Assembly (NCBI GenBank): GCA_052146895.1 | Contig: JBKQLZ010000240.1 | Coordinates: 1-54,859 of the forward strand | DNA length: 54,859 nt | Direction of reading: 5' to 3' | From: Acidimicrobiales bacterium | GTDB lineage: Bacteria > Actinomycetota > Acidimicrobiia > Acidimicrobiales > Bog-793 | Shown: in pieces, positions 12,337 to 21,519 of the stretch | Numbering within the stretch: position 1 is the stretch's first letter | How the letters are laid out: each line of letters starts with the position of its first letter | Translations under genes and position numbers: made by a program | The notes under the pieces: generated by a model | What the model saw: only the letters and a program-made list of their open reading frames with translations | Databases searched by the model: none | What the model was told of the DNA's origin: nothing

Positions 12337-13443
12337 TCATCGGTGTCCGAAGAATGGCCCGACTCGCTCCCCCCGCGCCAACCGGGTCCCAGGCTCCAGG
12401 ATAGAGAACGCTTCAACCTCCGCATTGTCGCCGATTTCGGCGCGCTCCGCCGTGGAGCTGACGATCCTCACCCCAGCGCCGAGCTGGCAGTCGACGAGGC
12501 GTGTGTTCGGCCCTACGACGCTCCCCTCGCCGATCGAGGTGGCCCCTTCGAGGATGACGCCGGGCAGCAAGGTGACGTCGGGACTGAGCGAGACCGTCGT
12601 GTCGAGGTACACCGCTTCTGGATCGACCATGGTCACGCCGCGGCGCATCCACCTCTCGTTGATGCGCGCCCGCAGCTCACCTTCGGCGGCCGCGAGCTGG
12701 GCGCGGTCGTTGACCCCGGCGGCCTCGATCGGGTCGGGCGCGACGACGGAGGTGACGGGGTAGCCGGCGTCGTGCAGGACCTCGATCGTGGAGGTGAGGA
12801 AGTACTCGCCAGTCGTCAAGTCCGGGGCGAGCCGGCGGAGAACAGGCGCGAGGACGTCGTGGCGGAAGCAATAGATCTGTGTCGCGATCTCCTCGACGTC
12901 GAGCTCGTCGGGTGAGCAGTCCCCGTCGTCGACGACACGGGCAACCCGGCCGTCCTTGTCCCGGATGATGCGGGAGTACCCGACGGGAGATTCGACGATG
13001 GCGGTCAGCACCGTCGCTGCAGCCGCGTGCTCCCGGTGGTGGCGGACGAGAGCTGCGATGGTCCTGGCCCGCACGAGCGGTGTGTCGCCTGGGACGACGA
13101 GCAGGTCGGCCTCGTCTTCGTCGGCGAAGGAGTCGGGGAAGCCGGTGAGCGCGACTGCCACGGCATCTCCCGTTCCGCGCTGTTCGGGTTGCTCGACGAA
13201 CTCGAGCCGGAGCCCGGCGGGAGCTTCGGCTTGAACGATCTTGGTCACCTCGTTCGCCCCGTGCCCGACCACGACCACGACCCGATCGACCGTGAGCTCG
13301 GCGAGGGTGTCGAGCACGTGCAGGACCATGGGTCGCCCGCACAAGCGGTGCAGGGGTTTGGGTGTGCTCGACCGCATCCGAGTCCCCTCGCCCGCGGCGA
13401 GTACGACGGCGGAGAGCGTTCGCCTGTGCAGCTTCAGCTCCAT
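12337..13443 (-). CDS. glmU: GlmU-like UDP-N-acetylglucosamine pyrophosphorylase with a truncated left-handed beta-helix (acetyltransferase) domain
   Basis: Trimmed to ATG 13443. The N-terminus LAAGEGTRMRSSTPKPLH and QRGTGDAV match the uridyltransferase domain. Hexapeptide repeats begin after RINERWMRRGVTMVDP, but the ORF stops at ...GERVGPFFGHR (368 aa), about 90-100 aa short of characterised GlmU. prs starts 31 nt later. Confidence 0.8.
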   Translation of the reverse strand: MELKLHRRTLSAVVLAAGEGTRMRSSTPKPLHRLCGRPMVLHVLDTLAELTVDRVVVVVGHGANEVTKIVQAEAPAGLRLEFVEQPEQRGTGDAVAVALTGFPDSFADEDEADLLVVPGDTPLVRARTIAALVRHHREHAAAATVLTAIVESPVGYSRIIRDKDGRVARVVDDGDCSPDELDVEEIATQIYCFRHDVLAPVLRRLAPDLTTGEYFLTSTIEVLHDAGYPVTSVVAPDPIEAAGVNDRAQLAAAEGELRARINERWMRRGVTMVDPEAVYLDTTVSLSPDVTLLPGVILEGATSIGEGSVVGPNTRLVDCQLGAGVRIVSSTAERAEIGDNAEVEAFSILEPGTRLARGERVGPFFGHR

Positions 13444-13551
13444 CGCTCCACCTCTTGATCTCCTCGAGGCTTGCCTTTGTTTGACCCTAGCGGGGCGGGC
13501 GGCATGCCGTATGGCTCTCCGCCTGTGGGTGGGGCGTATCCTCGACAACCA

Positions 13552-14706
13552 ATGGACTTCCGTCCCACACCCGAGCAAGAGATGCTGCAGCAGGCGGTCG
13601 CCAAGATCGCCGGCGGCTTCGGTCACGCCTACTTCCAGCAGAAGACGAAGGAGGGAGGGAAGCAGGACGAGCTCTGGCACGCCCTCGGTGACGCCGGGTT
13701 CCTCGGCGTCCACCTTCCCGAGGCCTACGGCGGAGGGGGCATGGGCATCGCCGAGCTCGCCATCGTCTGCGAGGAGGTCGCCGCCGCCGGCTGCCCCCTC
13801 CTCTTGATCCTCGTCTCACCCGCGATCTGCGCCACCCTCATCGCCAAGTTCGGGACCGAGGACCAGAAGACTCGCTGGCTGCCCCCGATGGCGACCGGCC
13901 AGGCGAAGATGGCCTTCGCCATCACCGAGCCCGACGCCGGCTCCAACTCTCACAACATCGCCACGACGGCCACGCGAGACGGCGACGAGTGGCGCCTCAG
14001 CGGTACCAAGTACTACATCTCTGGGGTCGACGAGGCGGACGCGATCCTCGTCGTTGCCCGCACCGGCACCGACCCCGACACCAACAGAGCCAAGCTCAGC
14101 CTTTTCATCGTCGACTCGGATGCGCCGGGCCTCACCGCGACGCACATACCGGTTGAGATCGCAGCCCCTGAGCGGCAGTTCACCCTCTTCTTCGACAACC
14201 TCTCTCTCACTCGCGACCGCCTGCTCGGTACGGAGGGAGACGGTCTCCGGCAGGTGTTCGCGGGGCTCAACCCCGAGCGGCTCATGAGCGCCGCCGTCGG
14301 CTGCGGGATCGGTCGCTACGCCCTCGACAAGGCGTCACGGTACGCCCGGGACCGCTCGGTCTGGGGCCGCCCGATCGGCACGCACCAGGGCATCGCGCAC
14401 CCGCTCGCCGAGGCGAAGGTCGGGGTCGAGCTGGCGCGCCTCATGCTCGCCAAGGCCGCCTGGTGCTACGACAACGACGAGGACACCGCAGAGGCGGCGA
14501 ACATGGCCAAGTACGCAGCCGCCGAGGCGTCACTCCGCGCGCTAGATCAAGCGATACAGACGCACGGCGGGAACGGGCTCGCGAGCGAGTACGGCCTGGC
14601 CGATCTGTGGGGAACCGCACGCCTCCTTCGCACAGCGCCTGTCAGCCGGGAGATGATCCTCAACTTCGTCGCCCAGTACTCGCTGCACCTTCCGAAGTCG
14701 TACTGA
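13552..14706 (+). CDS. Acyl-CoA dehydrogenase family protein
   Basis: The ATG 13552 start gives MDFRPTPEQEMLQQAV. AFAITEPDAGSN and QTHGGNGLASEYGLADLW are ACAD signatures. Confidence 0.9.
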   Translation: MDFRPTPEQEMLQQAVAKIAGGFGHAYFQQKTKEGGKQDELWHALGDAGFLGVHLPEAYGGGGMGIAELAIVCEEVAAAGCPLLLILVSPAICATLIAKFGTEDQKTRWLPPMATGQAKMAFAITEPDAGSNSHNIATTATRDGDEWRLSGTKYYISGVDEADAILVVARTGTDPDTNRAKLSLFIVDSDAPGLTATHIPVEIAAPERQFTLFFDNLSLTRDRLLGTEGDGLRQVFAGLNPERLMSAAVGCGIGRYALDKASRYARDRSVWGRPIGTHQGIAHPLAEAKVGVELARLMLAKAAWCYDNDEDTAEAANMAKYAAAEASLRALDQAIQTHGGNGLASEYGLADLWGTARLLRTAPVSREMILNFVAQYSLHLPKSY

Positions 14707-14760
14707 GCCAGTACCGCCAGAGCGGATCTGAGCCGAGACGACGAGAGGCCCCGAGCAGCC

Positions 14761-15426
14761 ATGACCCGAGCCATCACCTACCTCGACCCGATCCCGTCGA
14801 GCTCCGAGCGGGCCGCCAGGAGCCCGGACGACTACCTACCCATACAGGCCATCACCCACCAGATCGCGTTCGAGGCAGACGGTTGGGGAGCCGACCGCAG
14901 CAAGAAGATCCAGGAGTTGTTCGACGCTCTCGCGCCGGAGTGGCACACGCGCGGGGGTGAGGACCGGCTGAGGCCCACCGTCGACGCGTTCGAGCGCGGC
15001 CGAGTGCCACGAGGAGGCACTGCGCTCGAGATAGGGAGTGGCACAGGCCTCCAAACGCCGGTACTGCTCGACAAGTTCGACTTCGTGGTCTCGGTGGACC
15101 TCGCGGCGGAGATGCTCGCGCTCTCTCCGAGACGAGACCGCGTCGAGCTGGTCCGAGCCGATGCAGCGGCGCTGCCGCTCCTCGCCGGGAGCGCGGACGT
15201 GATCGTCTGCGTCAACGCGTTCGTCTTCCCGATGGAGTACGGGAGGGTGCTGGCGCCAGGCGGGCGCATCGTCTTCGTCACTACGAGCGGCGACCAGACG
15301 CCGATCTACCTGTCGCCGGACGATGTCGTCGCCTCGCTCGAACCGGCGCTCGGGCCAGTCGACGCCACGAGCTCGGGACACGGCTTCGGCACGTGGACCG
15401 TGGTCACGCGCCGCACCGAAGATTAG
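14761..15426 (+). CDS. Class I SAM-dependent methyltransferase
   Basis: Motif I ALEIGSGTGLQT, followed by VVSVDLAAEML and DVIVCVNAFVF. Confidence 0.8.
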   Translation: MTRAITYLDPIPSSSERAARSPDDYLPIQAITHQIAFEADGWGADRSKKIQELFDALAPEWHTRGGEDRLRPTVDAFERGRVPRGGTALEIGSGTGLQTPVLLDKFDFVVSVDLAAEMLALSPRRDRVELVRADAAALPLLAGSADVIVCVNAFVFPMEYGRVLAPGGRIVFVTTSGDQTPIYLSPDDVVASLEPALGPVDATSSGHGFGTWTVVTRRTED

Positions 15427-15448
15427 AAGCAGGCAGACTGTCAGCGTT

Positions 15449-16900
15449 GTGACCCCCGCCATTCCCGCGACTCCGACCGCCGCCCCGGCGGACCTGCTCG
15501 ACGCCAGCCAGGCCTATTGGGAGGCCGACGCCATCCCGGTCCTCGCCGACTACGTCCGGATCCCGTGCCTGTCGCCTGAGTTCGACGGCGGGTGGGAAGC
15601 CCACGGGGAGATTGCCCGCGCTGCATCCCTCCTCAAAGCGTGGGCTGAAGCCCGCTCCATCGACGGCCTCTCAGTCGAGCTCGTCCAGCTTCCCGGGCTG
15701 ACGCCCGTGATCCTCGTGGATGTGCCGGCCAACCGTGCGGGCGCGACCGGCCCCCCGACACTGCTCTACGGCCACCTCGACAAGCAGCCACCCCTCGGTG
15801 ACTGGAGACAGGGTCTCGGTCCTTTCGAGCCCGTCAGGGAGGGCGACAAGCTCTTCGGGCGCGGCACGGCGGACGACGGCTACTCGATCTTCGCTGCTCT
15901 CGGCGCGATCGAGATCGCGCAGAGGACCGGGAAGACGCACGGGCACTGCGTCACCATCATCGAGGCGAGCGAGGAGAGTGGCAGTCCTCACCTCGCGCCG
16001 TACCTCGACGCGCTGGCAGATCGGCTCGGAGAAGCCGGCCCCGGCCTCGTCGTCTGCCTCGACTCCGGAGCGGCGACTTACGACCGGCTCTGGTACACCA
16101 CCTCGCTCCGCGGTCTTGTGACGGCGACCATCCACGTGAGCGTCCTGAGCGAGGGAATACACAGCGGCGCGGGCGGGGCCGTCGTCCCGGACTCCTTCCG
16201 AATCCTTCGCGAGCTGCTCAGCCGCATCGAGGACGAGAAGACTGGCGAGATCCTGCTCGAGTCTTGCGCCGTCGTCACACCCCCGTCGCGCCGGGCACAG
16301 GCGGAGGCTCTCGTCGCAGAGCTCGGGGTCTCCACCCTCGACCGCTTCCCTGTCACGCCGGGCCTCCGGCTCGCCAAGGGCGCCGGCCCAGTCGCCCAGC
16401 TCCTGGCCAGAGCGTGGAGCGCCTCGCTCGCGTTCGTCGGCATCGACGGCGTGCCACCGATCGCTGACGCCGGCAACGTGCTGCGCCCGTTCACGGCCGC
16501 GAAGATCGCTCTCCGCATCCCTCCGTCGGCAGACTCGACCGCCGTAAGCGCCGAGCTCCGCCGGCGGATCACGACCGACCCACCCGACGGCGCCGCGGTG
16601 GAGCTCACCGACCTCGCGCCGGCGAACGGCTTCGACGCCCCCGACACCGCCGCATGGCTGGCCACGGCCACCGATGAGGCTTCAGTCGCTTACTTCGGCG
16701 CTCCGGGGAGGGGGATGGGTGAGGGGGGAACGATCCCGTTTCTGAGCGAATTGCTCGCGTCGTACCCGGGGGCCCAGTTCCTCGTGACCGGAGTTCTCGG
16801 TCCAGAGTCGAACGCACACGGCGTGAACGAGATGCTGCACATCCCGACCGCGATACGCCTCACCGCCGCCGTGGCCCACGTGCTCACGCAAGCGCCCTAG
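15449..16900 (+). CDS. M20 family metallopeptidase (dipeptidase-like)
   Basis: LLYGHLDKQPP, GRGTADDGYSIFAAL and IEASEESGSPHL motifs. Trimmed to GTG 15449, after the upstream stop at 15426. Confidence 0.85.
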   Translation: MTPAIPATPTAAPADLLDASQAYWEADAIPVLADYVRIPCLSPEFDGGWEAHGEIARAASLLKAWAEARSIDGLSVELVQLPGLTPVILVDVPANRAGATGPPTLLYGHLDKQPPLGDWRQGLGPFEPVREGDKLFGRGTADDGYSIFAALGAIEIAQRTGKTHGHCVTIIEASEESGSPHLAPYLDALADRLGEAGPGLVVCLDSGAATYDRLWYTTSLRGLVTATIHVSVLSEGIHSGAGGAVVPDSFRILRELLSRIEDEKTGEILLESCAVVTPPSRRAQAEALVAELGVSTLDRFPVTPGLRLAKGAGPVAQLLARAWSASLAFVGIDGVPPIADAGNVLRPFTAAKIALRIPPSADSTAVSAELRRRITTDPPDGAAVELTDLAPANGFDAPDTAAWLATATDEASVAYFGAPGRGMGEGGTIPFLSELLASYPGAQFLVTGVLGPESNAHGVNEMLHIPTAIRLTAAVAHVLTQAP

Positions 16901-18096
16901 TGAGCGGCTGAGTACGCCAGCTCCATCTGGGCGACGTCCCGAACAAGGTTGCCAAGCGCCAGGTTGACGTCCTCCACGTGGAAGCCCCAGTCCGGCCCGA
17001 GAGTCTCGGAGATCGCCGGCCGTACGTCGGAGGGCGAGGCCGGCAGGACGTTCAGCCACGTCGCTCCTCCGGCGCTTTCGCACTTGGCACGGTAACGCCC
17101 GGGGTACTCGACCCAGCCGGTATCCACACCAGGAGTCGGGGACGTCGCGGTCAGGAAGTACGGGTCGAGATCGGCAGCACCCCCCGACAGCGCCGCCGGG
17201 TTGACGCACACGACTTGCAACCCGGCCCTCGCCGTCTCGCCCCACTGCAGGCTCACGCCCTGGCCGGGCCGGCCGAACAAGGACGTCGCCGGCGGCTCCG
17301 AAGGGAACGACGAGTAGGCGATGACGCAGCCGTACTCGTGGTTCGACGAACAAGCCGGGATGTGCTGGAAGGAGCCTCCGACCAGCTTGCCGACCGGGAC
17401 GTCGACGTTCCCCCCGAGGATGATGGCCCCGATGAGGCGCCCCCGGAGCGCCGCGCTGTTGTCCACCTGTGATCTGAGCAGCTGGATCAGGATCGCCGCT
17501 CCCTGCGAGTGACCGATGAAGACGATCGGGCGCCCGTCGTTGTAGTGCGCCAGGTAGTCGTCCCATCCGCGCACGAGGCTCGCGTAGGCGATCGCGGCTG
17601 CCGGCTTGTCGGCGCCGAGGCCAAGGGCGAGCGAGCTCACGGTCCGCTGCCGGTACATCGGCGCCCACACGTTGCAGACAGAGGAGAAACGCGACGCCTG
17701 CACCACCGCCGCGACGAGCTCCTTCTTCTGGATGCGCAGGTTGGCGTTGTCACGGGGTTGCGTGCTCACCGTCGGATACACATAGAAGCAGTCGACCGGC
17801 TTCGCCCCGCCCGCGCTCGCTGTGGTCACCGTCTTTGCTCCCGATGCCGAGACCGCGGTCGAGGTCGGGTTGTAGAGGCACGGATCGGTGCCGGCTTGGA
17901 GGCCGGGGCGGCAGAGCCACACGGTCCCGGCCGCATCTGTCCGGGGGCCCAAACCGGTGGGCGGTGCCGAGCCAGGTCCCGATGTCGTGGTCGAAGAGCT
18001 CGACGTCGTGGTGCCGACCGACGCGTGATTTGCGCACGCGGCGAACGTCAACGCAGCCGCGAGGCAGACGGCCGCTGGAGCAATGCGTCGGCGCAT
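16897..18096 (-). CDS. DUF3089-type alpha/beta hydrolase, probable lipoprotein
   Basis: ATG 18096 gives MRRRIAPAAVCLAAALTFAAC. VDCFYVYPT and the GHSQG nucleophile elbow recall the DUF3089 family. Confidence 0.75.
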   Translation of the reverse strand: MRRRIAPAAVCLAAALTFAACANHASVGTTTSSSSTTTSGPGSAPPTGLGPRTDAAGTVWLCRPGLQAGTDPCLYNPTSTAVSASGAKTVTTASAGGAKPVDCFYVYPTVSTQPRDNANLRIQKKELVAAVVQASRFSSVCNVWAPMYRQRTVSSLALGLGADKPAAAIAYASLVRGWDDYLAHYNDGRPIVFIGHSQGAAILIQLLRSQVDNSAALRGRLIGAIILGGNVDVPVGKLVGGSFQHIPACSSNHEYGCVIAYSSFPSEPPATSLFGRPGQGVSLQWGETARAGLQVVCVNPAALSGGAADLDPYFLTATSPTPGVDTGWVEYPGRYRAKCESAGGATWLNVLPASPSDVRPAISETLGPDWGFHVEDVNLALGNLVRDVAQMELAYSAAH

Positions 18097-18098
18097 CC

Positions 18099-18989
18099 TC
18101 ACAGGCCCTCCAGCATCTCCTTCACGAGCTCCTCGAGCGGTGGCAGTCCCGGCACCTCGCGGAAGAGGACCGGGTTGAGCCCTTCCGCGATGTCCTGCCA
18201 ACGACTGACGGCGAGCTCGACGAAGTCCGGGTGCGGGAAGACCCAGAAGCGATCGGCCCTGACAGCATCGAACACGAGATCCGCCACCGCGGCAGGCGTC
18301 GTGCCCTCGTCGACCGCCCGGCGCACGTACTTCGCCACCACTTCGCTGCCCGGCACTGCTTCTGGCTGCTCACCGAGCTCGCTCGGCCAGTTGCGACCGG
18401 AGTCCATGATCCCGGTGCGGACCCAACCCGGGCAGAGCACGCTCACCCCGACGTTCCAGCCGCTCTGCTGGGAAGTCCGGTAGAGGTCCTCGGTGATGGC
18501 GACGACACCGTGCTTGCTCGCGTCGTACGAGGCCGAGAAGCCGGGGAGCAGGCCGGCGATCGAGGCGGTGTTGACGATGTAGCCACCACCTTGCTCGATC
18601 ATCGTGGGGAGGAACGCGCGCACCCCGTGCACCACGCCCCAGAAGTTGACGCCCATCACCCAGTTCCAGGCCGACATCGGCCCTGTCCAGTGATCGGCCG
18701 AGCTCTGGACACCGGCGTTGTTGCATACGACATGGATCGCGGAGAATCGGTCCTTCGCGCGAGAGGCAAGCTCGTTCACCGAGCTCTCGTTGCTCACATC
18801 ACAGACAACCTCGAGCGTCTCGATCCCGTGCTCTGTCTTCAGCTCCGCCGCGGCCAAGGCCAGCCCGCCGGCGTCCACGTCCGCCAACACGACGTTGCAG
18901 CCGGCAGCGGCGAACCGACCAGCAAGTCCGCGACCTATGCCACTGGCAGCCCCGGTGACAACAGCGACGTTTCCCTTCATTAGCTCCAT
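18099..18989 (-). CDS. SDR family oxidoreductase
   Basis: VVTGAASGIGRGLA (TGxxxGxG), NNAG and YDASK (YxxxK) motifs. ATG 18989 has GGGAG 9 nt upstream. Confidence 0.9.
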   Translation of the reverse strand: MELMKGNVAVVTGAASGIGRGLAGRFAAAGCNVVLADVDAGGLALAAAELKTEHGIETLEVVCDVSNESSVNELASRAKDRFSAIHVVCNNAGVQSSADHWTGPMSAWNWVMGVNFWGVVHGVRAFLPTMIEQGGGYIVNTASIAGLLPGFSASYDASKHGVVAITEDLYRTSQQSGWNVGVSVLCPGWVRTGIMDSGRNWPSELGEQPEAVPGSEVVAKYVRRAVDEGTTPAAVADLVFDAVRADRFWVFPHPDFVELAVSRWQDIAEGLNPVLFREVPGLPPLEELVKEMLEGL

Positions 18990-19078
18990 GAGCTGGCTCC
19001 CGTGTTTGGACAGACCGGTCAGGCAACAATATGCGCCACACGTCGCACATCGCCGGTGGGACACGCGACGATTGAGCA

Positions 19079-19819
19079 GTGCAAGACGATGAGTTCAACT
19101 CCTTCGTCGCGAGCGAGCTCGCCGGCCTCGCCGGCGTGAGCGCTGTCGCGCTCGGGGGCTCGCGGGCGCGGGGGACCGAGCACGACACGAGCGACTGGGA
19201 TTACGCCGTTTACTACAGGCGGGGCTTTGACCCCGGGGTTCTGCGGGCGAAGGGCTTCGAGGGGACGGTCTTCGAGATCGGAGGCTGGGGCGGTGGTGTC
19301 ATGAACGGCGGTGCGTGGCTGACGGTCGAGGGGCGGCGAGTAGACGTCCATTACAGGGATCTCGGCGAGGTGGAGCACTGGTGCTCCGAGGCGCAAGCGG
19401 GACGCTTCAAGAAGGAGCTGCTGCTGTTCTACGCCGCAGGGATCCCGACCTACGTCGTGATGGCAGAGCTCGCTACGAACATCGTCCTCGCCGGCGTCCT
19501 CCCGCGGCCGGCGTACCCCGAGGCACTCGCGCTCGAAGCCGCCAGGCGTTGGCGAGCGGATGCCGTCGCAAGCCTTGCTTACGCGCAAGCAGCTCTGCAC
19601 AACCGCGGGGATCGCCTCGTCTCTGTCGCCAACGCCTCGCGTGCGCTGATCGAGGAGGCCCACTGCCGGCTGGCTGAGCGGAAGGTGTGGGTGCTGAACG
19701 AGAAAGGGATGATCGAGACGGCGGGGTTGACCGACCAAGCCGACGTCCTGTGCGGCGCGTCCAACAGCGACGAGTTGTCCGAGGCCCTGGCTGCGATCAC
19801 GCGCTCGCTCTTCGGGTAG
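19079..19819 (+). CDS. Nucleotidyltransferase (Pol-beta superfamily) domain protein with a helical C-terminal domain
   Basis: GGSRARGTEHDTSDWDYAVYY matches the GS-x(n)-DxD minimal NTase motif. The C-terminal ~120 aa look helical. GTG start. Confidence 0.7.
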   Translation: MQDDEFNSFVASELAGLAGVSAVALGGSRARGTEHDTSDWDYAVYYRRGFDPGVLRAKGFEGTVFEIGGWGGGVMNGGAWLTVEGRRVDVHYRDLGEVEHWCSEAQAGRFKKELLLFYAAGIPTYVVMAELATNIVLAGVLPRPAYPEALALEAARRWRADAVASLAYAQAALHNRGDRLVSVANASRALIEEAHCRLAERKVWVLNEKGMIETAGLTDQADVLCGASNSDELSEALAAITRSLFG

Positions 19820-19839
19820 CAAGCTGCCGAGGTGAGCTG

Positions 19840-20724
19840 TCAGGACCGAGCGAGGTGACCTTCGACTGCGTCCCGCCACTCGGCGGCATGGGTCAACTGA
19901 GGAGAGTGGTAGCCGCCGTCGATGATTACGAGCGCGCTCCCGGCGATCCCTCCCGCCAGATCCGGGGCCTGATCGACCAGAGGATGGTCCTCGGAGCCGA
20001 CGAGCACCGTTACCGGGCGGTCGATCTCCCCCAGCCGGCCACGAAGTGAGCGGGACCCGAGGTTGGACAACTCGCGCCCGAGCCCCTGGAGGGCGTAGGG
20101 ATCGAAGGCGGCTGACAATTCCGCTTTGCGCTCGCGCCAGTCGAGCGGCGTCGTCGCGTCGATGAGGTCGTCCTCCGGTCCCCGCATGAGCGCCATGTCA
20201 GGCAGGCCGCTGGCGGGGTCGTACGTTGCCAGGAAAGAGCGGAACATCGCTCCCATTGGCGAGTCGGGCTGTGCGAAGCCACCAGCGCTCGTGTCCATCA
20301 GGATGAGCGAGTGGACGAGCTCGGGGTGTTCGAGAGTGAGCTCGAGGGCAACCCGGCCGCCCATCGAGTGGCCGAGGAGGTCGACGGGTTGTCCGACGGC
20401 TTCTTCTAGCCAGGCGACCATGTCCCCCGTCAGGGCCTCGAGCGAGTACGTGTCGGCGCTGCCCGTCTTCGTCGAGCGACCGTGGCCACGGTGGTCGAGT
20501 GCCAAGACGGTCCGCTGATCGGCTAAGGCCGGGATATGCAGCGAGAAGTCGTGGGCCGAGCCGGAGAAACCGTGGCAGAGCACGAATGGTGTCCCGTCTG
20601 AATCTCCGAACCGATCCCATGCGAGCTCGACCCCGTTGACGTCAAGCCGCCGAGTGAGCTCCGCCGAAGGCCAGTCGCCGGCGGCCTGTTCAGTGGAAGC
20701 GGGCTCGGAAGCTGACTCGGGCAC
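19840..20724 (-). CDS. Alpha/beta hydrolase
   Basis: VLCHGFSGSAHDF (oxyanion-hole HG) and GHSMGG nucleophile elbow. I trimmed the ORF to GTG 20724 because the TetR gene upstream ends at 20733. Confidence 0.85.
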   Translation of the reverse strand: MPESASEPASTEQAAGDWPSAELTRRLDVNGVELAWDRFGDSDGTPFVLCHGFSGSAHDFSLHIPALADQRTVLALDHRGHGRSTKTGSADTYSLEALTGDMVAWLEEAVGQPVDLLGHSMGGRVALELTLEHPELVHSLILMDTSAGGFAQPDSPMGAMFRSFLATYDPASGLPDMALMRGPEDDLIDATTPLDWRERKAELSAAFDPYALQGLGRELSNLGSRSLRGRLGEIDRPVTVLVGSEDHPLVDQAPDLAGGIAGSALVIIDGGYHSPQLTHAAEWRDAVEGHLARS

Positions 20725-20732
20725 GGCAATGT

Positions 20733-21440
20733 TTACCCCAAGGCGCCTGCCGGCGCACCAGCTGATCGCGGGGTGACGGCTCGAGGGCTCGCCACCTCCG
20801 CGCGGCGGCGATCGCGGTCGGCGGCGAGCTTGGCAGTCTGCGGAGAGACCGGTGCGCGTAGGAGCGCCACGACGAGGTCGACTAGCTGGCTCACGAAGAG
20901 CCGGTCGTCGCGATGCGGTGCCGACTCGGCTCGCCGACCGAGCTCGACCGCGGCGAACCGGATCGCCGTGAAACGTCGGTGGAGCCGGCTCGCGTCCTGC
21001 TCGAGGAAGGGCTCGACCAACGCCCGCCAGCGGTAGATCGAGCTCGAGGCGTCGGGCGGCTCGGGCTCGGCCCACATCGGTCGGCTGATCAGTTCGGCGC
21101 TGATCTGGAGGTACTCAGGGCCACCGTCGGGGTCGGCCAGCTGCGCGGCCAAGGGCAGGACGAGCGCCTCGCTGAGATCACGCAGGTCGCTCCCGGCGCG
21201 CGCCTCGTACGCGTCGAGCAGCTGGTGGCGGAGGCGCTCCACCTCGGGAAAGTGCTTGCGGAGAACGGCGCGGACTATGCCGTCGCGATCGGCGAAGTGG
21301 TACTGGAGCGCAACCGCGTTGCGAGCTCCCGACGCGCGGCTGATCTCCCGCAAGCTCACGCGGTCGATACCGTTGGCTGCGAAAAGTCGTTCAGCCGCTG
21401 ACACGAGGGCGGCTCTCGTCGGTTCCGCGTCGCGGGCCAC
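20733..21440 (-). CDS. TetR/AcrR family transcriptional regulator
   Basis: The N-terminal helix-turn-helix AAERLFAANGIDRVSLREISRASGARNAVALQYHF is typical of TetR regulators. Confidence 0.92.
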   Translation of the reverse strand: MARDAEPTRAALVSAAERLFAANGIDRVSLREISRASGARNAVALQYHFADRDGIVRAVLRKHFPEVERLRHQLLDAYEARAGSDLRDLSEALVLPLAAQLADPDGGPEYLQISAELISRPMWAEPEPPDASSSIYRWRALVEPFLEQDASRLHRRFTAIRFAAVELGRRAESAPHRDDRLFVSQLVDLVVALLRAPVSPQTAKLAADRDRRRAEVASPRAVTPRSAGAPAGALG

Positions 21441-21477
21441 TGGACTGCCTCCTTCGTGGGGAGCTACGGTGAGCGTA

Positions 21478-21500
21478 CATCATTTGATGCAAGAGCATTA
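21478..21500. promoter_or_regulatory. Candidate TetR operator in the divergent TetR/ACAD promoter region
   Basis: An AT-richer patch in a GC-rich region. It contains the palindrome CATCA-TT-TGATG (21478-21489), overlapping TGATGC-AAGA-GCATTA (21485-21500). It lies about 20 nt upstream of the ACAD start codon. Confidence 0.4.
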
Positions 21501-21519
21501 GATCACTGGGAGGTGTCAG

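Noticed and set aside
16682-17668. 328-aa minus-strand ORF overlapping the M20 gene 3' end and the DUF3089 gene
   Set aside because: It is out of frame with the DUF3089 gene on the same strand. It has low-complexity Arg/Pro/Gly content and no motifs.
19079-19819. Possible fused MNT-HEPN (toxin-antitoxin-like) protein, because of an R-x6-H (RALIEEAH) in the C-terminal helical domain
   Set aside because: A single loose Rx4-6H match in a helical region is weak evidence. There is no partner gene or mobile context. The architecture fits ordinary NTase proteins with a helical substrate domain equally well.
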